Shown here one piece after another: positions 58,042-64,000 of a DNA stretch of 64,000 bases; the first letter of the stretch is position 1; every line of letters begins with the position of its first letter. A program made the translations under genes and the position numbers. The notes beneath the pieces are model-generated. The model saw nothing but the letters and a program-made list of their open reading frames with translations. It was not told the DNA's origin and searched no databases. The DNA is taken from assembly GCA_951812805.1 (NCBI GenBank), contig CATOSZ010000001.1, positions 1,600,017 to 1,664,016 on the forward strand, given 5' to 3'. Source of the stretch: an uncultured Alphaproteobacteria bacterium (GTDB taxonomy: Bacteria > Pseudomonadota > Alphaproteobacteria > GCA-2731375).

Positions 58042-58102
58042 GGGCTTCTCCGAGGCGAGCGAGGCCGCTCCGGCGGAGGCCCCGCTCGCCTCGGAGAAGC
58101 CC
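58042..58102 (+). promoter_or_regulatory. 20-bp perfect inverted repeat overlapping the putative SD of Slam (also at 63503-63565)
   Basis: gggcttctccgaggcgagcg [21 nt] cgctcgcctcggagaagccc ends 5 nt before the ATG. The GGAGAAG SD candidate lies in the 3' arm. Confidence 0.5.
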
Positions 58103-58107
58103 ATCTC

Positions 58108-58760
58108 ATGCATCCGTTATCGATATTCCGTGCGCTGGCGTTGGGAACGGCGCTGGCATGTGCCGTACCAGCCTGGGCAAGACCGGATTCGACGCCACCC
58201 CGCGCCGATGCGGCCGAGGCCCAGGAACTTGTCCGCGATGGCCGGTTCGAGGACGCGCTGGAGCGTCTCCGCCCCCTGGCCGAAGGGGGCACGGTGGATG
58301 CGGCGGCGATGTTCCAGTTGGGCCTCGCGGCGGTGGGCGCGGCGCAAGAAGCGGATTTGGCGGAGGCGAAGCGCGAGGCGCTGCTGGCCGAGGCGATCGC
58401 GGCCTTCCGGTCGCTTCTGGTGCGTCGGCCGGGCCTGGTGCGGGTACGCCTGGAGCTGGCCCGTGCCTTCTTCTTGAAGGGCGAGGACGATCTTGCGAAG
58501 GCGCATTTCGAGCGCGTGCTGGCGGGCAAGCCACCGGCGGCGGTGATTCACAACGTCAACCGCCTTCTGGCGGAGATCCGCGCACGTAAGCGCTGGAGCC
58601 TCAATCTCGGCTTCGCGCTCGCGCCGGACAGCAACGTTTCGGCGGCGTCGGACAATCGGACGATCTGGATCGACACGGCCTACGGTCGTCTGCCGTTTAC
58701 CTACGAGACGGCGCCGAAGTCGGGTATCGGCGTCTCGGTGTGGGCCGGGGGTGAGTACCA
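58108..58760 (+). pseudogene. Slam-like (DUF560) surface-lipoprotein translocator, copy 1: N-terminal TPR + start of barrel, truncated by an IS1182-family fragment
   Basis: Signal peptide MHPLSIFRALALGTALACAVPAWA. TPR-like region. …KRWSLNLGFALAPDSNVSAASDNRTIWIDTAYGRLPFTYETAPKSGIGVSVWAGGEYQY, then IS-derived sequence from about 58757. Confidence 0.6.
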
Positions 58761-59340
58761 GTATCCGCGACGGACCCGGACTCGCGCATCATGCCGGTGG
58801 CCGGCGGCGGCTTCGAGCAGTGCTACAACGCCCAGGCTGCGGTGGCCGCCGGCAGCCTGCTGGTGGTCAGCGCCGACGTGGTGCAGGCGGCGAACGACAA
58901 GCAGCAGATCGAACCGACGCTCGAAGCACTCGCCGGCCTGCCGGACGGGCTTGGCGAGGTCGAGACCCTGTTGGCGGACAGCGGCTACTTCAGCCAGGCC
59001 AACGTCGAGGCCTGCGGGGAAGCGGAGATCGCGCCGCTGATCGCGCTCGGCCGGGAGCACCACCATCTTTCCTGGCGGGACCGCTTCGCCGAGGCGCCGC
59101 CAGCGCCCGAGGATCCGACGCCGCTCGAGGCGATGTGCCATCGCCTGGCCACACCCGAGGGCCGGGCGCTCTACGCGCTTCGCAAGCAGACGCCGGAGCC
59201 GGTGTTCGGCATCATCAAATCGGTGATGGGCTTGCGTCAGTTCAGCCTGCGCGGCCTCGACAAGGCGAAGGGGGAATGGACCTTGGCCACGCTCTCCTGG
59301 AACATCAAGCGGATGTTCGTCCTCAGCCACGCCTGAACGG
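58757..59340 (+). mobile_element. IS1182/IS5-superfamily transposase fragment (C-terminal about 190 aa only)
   Basis: …TDPDSRIMPVAGGGFEQCYNAQAAV…ADSGYFSQANVEAC…EPVFGIIKSVMGLRQFSLRGLDKAKGEWTLATLSWNIKRM… There is no N-terminal half upstream. Confidence 0.6.
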
Positions 59341-60001
59341 GCGGGCCAACCCGCGTTCGCAACTTCATGGGGGTAAATCCATGACATCGACGCCCGCCAA
59401 GCCAATTTTACCAATCCTTGCATGCCCGAGTCCGACAGGCTGCTAGGCCCACTCGTTGGCCCTCCTCTGACCTCGCACGAAGACATCGAGCGGATGCTGG
59501 ACAGATCAGTAGGCGCTCGGGCGGAGAATGATGATGAAATCCCACCCGAGGCCGCCGCCGAGATCATGCGCGAATACCAGGACGATCATTATCGACGAGC
59601 GCTAGGCGATCCCTTGCCCATGCTTGACGGGAAGACGCCGCGACGCCGTCCTCCAACCCCTGATAACATGTCGGGGCAGGCCAAAAACCTGCATGGGGAT
59701 CTCCTTCAAGCTGTTGGTCTCGCAACTCACAGCTTCGGAGATCCCCGCCTCTGCCGCCAGAGGCGCGTCTCACATCTATCTGAACCTAGTCACCTCGCCC
59801 GGCGAAGCAAGACGCGAAAAGCGCTCCCACACCACGCGACGGGACACGACGTGCTGCCCGCCGCACCCGGGCTATGGGCCGGTCACGGTCCCAGAGCTGG
59901 GTAGTTTCTGCAAGGTACAGGCCGTCCTCCAGCCCCATGCCGATACCCCGGCTGATCTCCTGTTTCTGGCGGTGCGTTGGTTTCTCGCGGAACCACGGTG
60001 C

Positions 60002-60841
60002 TCAATCGCGCCGGCGAAGTCGACCCGCCCCGGCGACGGTCTCGGCGAGGCTCCGGCCCGGCTGTAGGGTGTATCCGGTCTTCTGTTCCAGGGCCGCGTA
60101 GCGGCGGTAGAGCGCGGGCCGGGCGCGGGCGGCGATGGTTAGATCGGCTTTACTGGCGAAGAGGCAAAAGCTGCACGACAGGCGTGAGGCGCCGAGATCG
60201 TAGGCTTCGTGCCGGCGCTGCCCGGAGGCCTGGATGGTTCGCCACACCTGATCCAGGGTCATGTCGCGGATAGGCAGGAAGTCGTATACCGTGCGTTTGG
60301 CGGTGGAGAGGCGTTTGTTCAGCGCCCAAGCGTCCCGGGCCGCGCGGCTGTGGGATTCTTCGGCGCGCAGACCGAGGCAATTCATGACCAGGGGCGCGCC
60401 GAGGCCGCGGATGAACTTTTCTACTGGGGCGCGCTTTAGATCCGAAGTGCGGAACCTCTGATTCGCCGAAGGGAAGGGTGAGGCGTCCCGCCCGTCGGCG
60501 CGCAACTTGCGGCGGCGGCAACGGACCATGTCGAGCAGGTGTTTTTCCGAGCCGTCGCGCCAGACGGCTTTCACCACGTTGAGCTCATGGGCGATATTGG
60601 CCCGAATGTGGTCCTGGACGCCGGGCCATTCCACCTCGCCGAGATCGGCGTGCACGACGATGATCCGCTCGTGGGGCACGAGGGAGGAGACGACGGCGTA
60701 CATGGCCTGGCTATCCTTGCCACCTGAATGGTTGAGGACGAAGACGGCGCCGGCGGCAAGGCTCTCGTGGCGTGACGGCCCTATCGGTAAACGCGGCCCA
60801 ATCGCATGGGGATGTGAGGAGGGCGTGGTGGCGTGGCTCAT
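60002..60841 (-). CDS. PP-loop ATPase, PAPS-reductase/DndC-like family protein
   Basis: PP-loop VLNHSGGKDSQAMYAV. ATG 60841 is preceded by GGAGAC and the shared promoter repeat. Confidence 0.75.
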   Translation of the reverse strand: MSHATTPSSHPHAIGPRLPIGPSRHESLAAGAVFVLNHSGGKDSQAMYAVVSSLVPHERIIVVHADLGEVEWPGVQDHIRANIAHELNVVKAVWRDGSEKHLLDMVRCRRRKLRADGRDASPFPSANQRFRTSDLKRAPVEKFIRGLGAPLVMNCLGLRAEESHSRAARDAWALNKRLSTAKRTVYDFLPIRDMTLDQVWRTIQASGQRRHEAYDLGASRLSCSFCLFASKADLTIAARARPALYRRYAALEQKTGYTLQPGRSLAETVAGAGRLRRRD

Positions 60842-61062
60842 GGTGGATTGTCTCCGAGACTGATGTTGAGAGAGGCGAGCCCGCTGCGGTCTCCAGGCGG
60901 CCCTCCAGCCTCGCTCGGGTTCCCCTCCGATGCGCGGTGCCGGCTGCGGGTTGCAGCGCGGCACGAGCGGGCTGAAACGTCGTTTCGAAGACGGCGACGA
61001 AACACCCATACATTAGCGATACCCGTATTGACTGATGGTCCCTTGGAGCCATATGCTAGCGG

Positions 61063-61140
61063 CCTCTTCACGGGGCCTCTTCACGGGGCCTCTTCACGGG
61101 GCCTCTTCACGGGGCCTCTTCACGGGGCCTCTTCACGGGG
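61063..61140 (+). repeat. 13-bp tandem repeat (cctcttcacgggg) ×5+ in the SLP2 promoter/5' region; single copy at the equivalent position of SLP1 (56646-56660)
   Basis: ggcctcttcacgggg cctcttcacgggg cctcttcacgggg cctcttcacgggg cctcttcacgggg cctcttg…. Confidence 0.85.
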
Positions 61141-61168
61141 CCTCTTGCTAAACGCTAGGAGCCCTGAA

Positions 61169-63421
61169 GTGAAGTTGATCTCTCGAAAGCCCCAGTGGGG
61201 ACTGCCCGCCACCGCGATGGCTGCGGCGTTACTCGTCGCCGGATGCGGCGGTGGAAGTAATAAGAACGATTCGGCGGCGGCGGAGCCCCCGCCGGTGGCA
61301 TCGACCGAGCAGGAGCGGTTTGATGCGCGTGATGCGGTGAGGGCAGCCGAGAGTGCCCGGGCGGCTGCGGAGCGGGATGTTGCGGATAACGCGGTGTCTG
61401 AGATCGCGGCAGTATTGAATGCCGTCGAAGGTGAAGTGGCGAGGGCCAATGAGGCCGTTGACGCGGCCAGACTCGCAGGCACGGATGATGCCAGAGCTTC
61501 GGAGGCTGCCGACAGCGCTGCGTCTGAAGTAGAGATGGTGAACCAGGCGATGCAAGAAGTAGAAGCGGCGAGGCTTGCGCTGGACCAGGCGACTGCCGAT
61601 TACGAACAGGCCACGAGGGATGCGGACATTGAGACGCAGGCAGGCGCGACGGTCATCCAGACGGCGGCAAACACTCTGAAGGACGCAGCCGAGAACGCGA
61701 GTATGGCAGCGGCGACGGCCATGGAAAATGCCAACGTTGCCCTTGACGAGGCCATGTCATTCGCCCAGATGGCGGCTGACGCTGCGGAGCCGGTGGCATC
61801 GACCGAGCAGGAGCGGTTTGATGCGCGTGATGCGCGGAGTCTTGCTGAGGACGCACGTGCGGAAGCGCTGCAGATAGTTACCGACGACGCGGCATCTCGC
61901 TCAGAAAGATACGCGGACGTCGCTTCTGAAGCGCAAGAAAGGGCTAGGGCCGCTCGCACAGATGCTAGGACGGCTTCGGAGCAGAGTGAGAGGGCGTCCG
62001 AGCAAGCGGAGATCGTGAGGTCCGCAAGGGCTGCCCTGGATGAGGCTATTGCCGAGTACGAAAGGGCAACGCAGGATGCGGACATTGAAACGCAGCAAGG
62101 CGCGAGGGCCATCACGGATGCTGCGAACAACTTGAGGGACGCTGCCGACACGGCAAGGACGAGTGTCGAAGCGGCCATCGTCTCCGCCGAGACTTTTGCC
62201 GAGGAGGCAACCGCCGCTGCGGGTACGCATGTGCTTGAGCTGTTCAGGACGGCGAATGCATACGGCGAAGAGGCCGCAGAGCAAGATGCTTTCATCGAGG
62301 CGGCCGGTGAAGCGATTGTGGGGGCAGCCAATGCTAATAACGCCGACACCGTTTCGGTCACCCCTATCTGGAACAATGTGCCGGTCAACGGCGATACGCC
62401 AGCCGACGTGGATTTGAAATTCCAAGTTGATGACATCGAAGTAGACAGCGACAACGTGAGGGTCATCGACCCGCTCGGCGACTTCGAGCATGGGCGTGAG
62501 ATGGAGGTGGAAAATGGGTTCAAGCTAATCGTCTTCACGGACAAAAAGCAGGCCGATGCTCCAAGAGAAGGAGTAACAGCAATAGAAGCCAAGGAATTCA
62601 ATACCGCCTCGGTCCGTCTCGGCAAAGTCCAAGGCGACAGGAGCGATCCTGCTAACGTCACCTTCTACGACGAGGAGGATTTAGTTGGTGGGGCATCGAG
62701 GGATTTTCCAGATGCCGCGTACGCGTATTCTGGAGGCTTGACATGCCCAGATGCCACAGTTTGCTCCATCGAAACGGACGGCACTGTCGTGGGCTACGTG
62801 TTCACGGGGAAACGAGAGGCCGTAGCTGCTGTTTCAGCAAGAACTGGGAGGGAGCAAAACGACGACTACCTCTCGTTCGGCATCTGGTTGAAGGGGGATA
62901 ACGTCAGTAATCTTGCCTTCGGTGCTTTCGAGGACGGTGGCGATCCGATTGGGACAACAGATGGCTTAACGGGGATCACGGGCAACGCGACCTACAGTGG
63001 TTCGGCTGCTGGTGCCCATCACAAGACCGGCGAAGGCGTGAACTGGTTCGATGGCAAAGCGAGCCTGACTGCCAAGTTCGGGGATGCTTCGAGTCGGGGT
63101 ACCGTCGAAGGTGATATTAGCGAGATCAGAGTGGGTGGTGGCGCAGCACTGGAGGACAAGATTCGCCTGCAAACGACTCCTATTGGGGTCAGTGATACTG
63201 TTGCGGCCGGTGTGGCTGTGATGGGTTCGATCCTGGATGCGAATTCGAACGTACAGCACAAGTTCGAGGGCACGTGGAACGCGACTTTCTACGGGCCGGA
63301 TACGAACGATGAGGAAGAGAACATCGCCCCCAAGGCGATTGGCGGCACTTTTGGCGTCAGTGATACCACCGATGAGATTACCGAGAGCTTCATTGGTGCC
63401 TTCGGCGCCAAGAAGCAGTAG
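61169..63421 (+). CDS. Surface lipoprotein (SLP) copy 2: conserved signal/lipobox and C-terminal TbpB-like barrel, divergent Ala/Glu/Asp-rich repeat-containing middle
   Basis: GTG start (the ATG of copy 1 is AAG here). Lipobox LLVAGC. Two about 170-aa internal repeats (VASTEQERFDARDA…ATxDADIETQxGA…). C-terminus …NATFYGPD…IGGTFGVSDTTDEITESFIGAFGAKKQ. Confidence 0.75.
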   Translation: MKLISRKPQWGLPATAMAAALLVAGCGGGSNKNDSAAAEPPPVASTEQERFDARDAVRAAESARAAAERDVADNAVSEIAAVLNAVEGEVARANEAVDAARLAGTDDARASEAADSAASEVEMVNQAMQEVEAARLALDQATADYEQATRDADIETQAGATVIQTAANTLKDAAENASMAAATAMENANVALDEAMSFAQMAADAAEPVASTEQERFDARDARSLAEDARAEALQIVTDDAASRSERYADVASEAQERARAARTDARTASEQSERASEQAEIVRSARAALDEAIAEYERATQDADIETQQGARAITDAANNLRDAADTARTSVEAAIVSAETFAEEATAAAGTHVLELFRTANAYGEEAAEQDAFIEAAGEAIVGAANANNADTVSVTPIWNNVPVNGDTPADVDLKFQVDDIEVDSDNVRVIDPLGDFEHGREMEVENGFKLIVFTDKKQADAPREGVTAIEAKEFNTASVRLGKVQGDRSDPANVTFYDEEDLVGGASRDFPDAAYAYSGGLTCPDATVCSIETDGTVVGYVFTGKREAVAAVSARTGREQNDDYLSFGIWLKGDNVSNLAFGAFEDGGDPIGTTDGLTGITGNATYSGSAAGAHHKTGEGVNWFDGKASLTAKFGDASSRGTVEGDISEIRVGGGAALEDKIRLQTTPIGVSDTVAAGVAVMGSILDANSNVQHKFEGTWNATFYGPDTNDEEENIAPKAIGGTFGVSDTTDEITESFIGAFGAKKQ

Positions 63422-63576
63422 GTCCTGGCGGGCTTGACTTTAAACGGGCGGGGTCCGGAGAGAAGCACTCCGAGCCCCGCCCGGCTTTTTTCCGTTTTGT
63501 TTTTCCATGTGGGCTTCTCCGAGGCGAGCGGGGCCGCTCCGGTGGAGGCCCCGCTCGCCTCGGAGAAGCCCATCTC

Positions 63577-64000
63577 ATGTATCCGTTATCGATATTCCGT
63601 GCGTTGGCGTTGGGAACGGCGCTGGCATGTGCCGTACCAGCCTGGGCAGCGCCGGATCCGGCACGGCCCAGCGCCGATGTGGCCGAGGCCCAGGAACTTG
63701 TCCGCGATGGCCGGTTCGAGGACGCCCTGAAGCGTCTCCGCCCCCTGGCCGAAGGGGGCACGGTGGATGCGGCGGCGATGTTCCAGTTGGGCCTCGCGGC
63801 GGTGGGCGCGGCGCAAGAAGCGGATTTGGCGGAGGCGAAGCGCGAGGCGCTGCTGGCCGAGGCGATCGCGGCCTTCCGGTCGCTTCTGGTGCGTCGGCCG
63901 GGCCTGGTGCGGGTACGCCTGGAGCTGGCCCGTGCCTTCTTCTTGAAGGGCGAGGACGATCTTGCGAAGGCGCATTTCGAGCGCGTGCTGGCAGGCAAGC
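63577..64000 (+). CDS. Slam-like (DUF560) translocator copy 2, 3' end cut by the window edge
   Basis: MYPLSIFRALALGTALACAVPAWA… is more than 90% identical to copy 1 over the available 141 codons and is not interrupted within the window. Confidence 0.7.
   Translation, partial: MYPLSIFRALALGTALACAVPAWAAPDPARPSADVAEAQELVRDGRFEDALKRLRPLAEGGTVDAAAMFQLGLAAVGAAQEADLAEAKREALLAEAIAAFRSLLVRRPGLVRVRLELARAFFLKGEDDLAKAHFERVLAGK

Noticed and set aside
1-64000. CRISPR arrays, tRNA or rRNA genes
   Set aside because: No regularly spaced direct repeats with unique spacers were seen, and no cloverleaf-compatible or rRNA-like segments. The tandem repeats found are a promoter SSR and in-frame coding repeats.

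Overview
This is a high-GC (~67%) sequence of alphaproteobacterial type (Rhodospirillales/Rhizobiales-like codon usage), with several AT-rich islets. It looks like an accessory region, probably on a secondary replicon, because a repC-like initiator plus parA-parB module sits at 51.7-54.8 kb and mobile elements are dense. Contents, in order:
(a) A three-subunit molybdopterin (DMSO-reductase family) oxidoreductase operon at 0-4 kb.
(b) A block of metabolic genes: OYE flavin reductase, TauD dioxygenase, crotonases, SDRs, Rieske dioxygenase alpha/beta, Fe(III) ABC permease and binding protein, tartrate/isopropylmalate dehydrogenase family, Ldh_2, purEK, acyl-CoA dehydrogenase, two family-III CoA transferases, SMP-30, GST, gpsA, VOC, PEP-mutase/ICL family, and a CGNR regulator.
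(c) Five paralogous class-III adenylate/guanylate cyclase-TolB_N-TPR genes, three of them tandem and start/stop-overlapped.
(d) A small rhizavidin/avidin-like biotin-binding protein gene in an AT-rich islet.
(e) Mobile DNA: an IS4/ISNCY-like IS, an IS630 with an A8 frameshift site, an IS21 (istAB) disrupting a GNAT-like gene, a group II (IIC-like) intron sitting just after a terminator hairpin, and an IS1182-family fragment.
(f) The part I consider most interesting, 56.4-64 kb: two copies of a surface-lipoprotein (TbpB/fHbp-like C-terminal barrel, ends ...FIGAFG[PA]KKQ) plus Slam (DUF560-like translocator) module. Each copy sits behind a duplicated ~240-bp divergent promoter segment. A 13-bp promoter SSR is expanded 1 to 5 copies. 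A conserved 20-bp inverted repeat covers the Slam SD. The first Slam copy is disrupted by the IS fragment. A large serine recombinase and a PP-loop (PAPS-reductase-like) gene diverge from the two copies.
Many long ORFs in the track are antisense artefacts of high GC and are not reported as genes. No rRNA, tRNA or CRISPR array was recognised.
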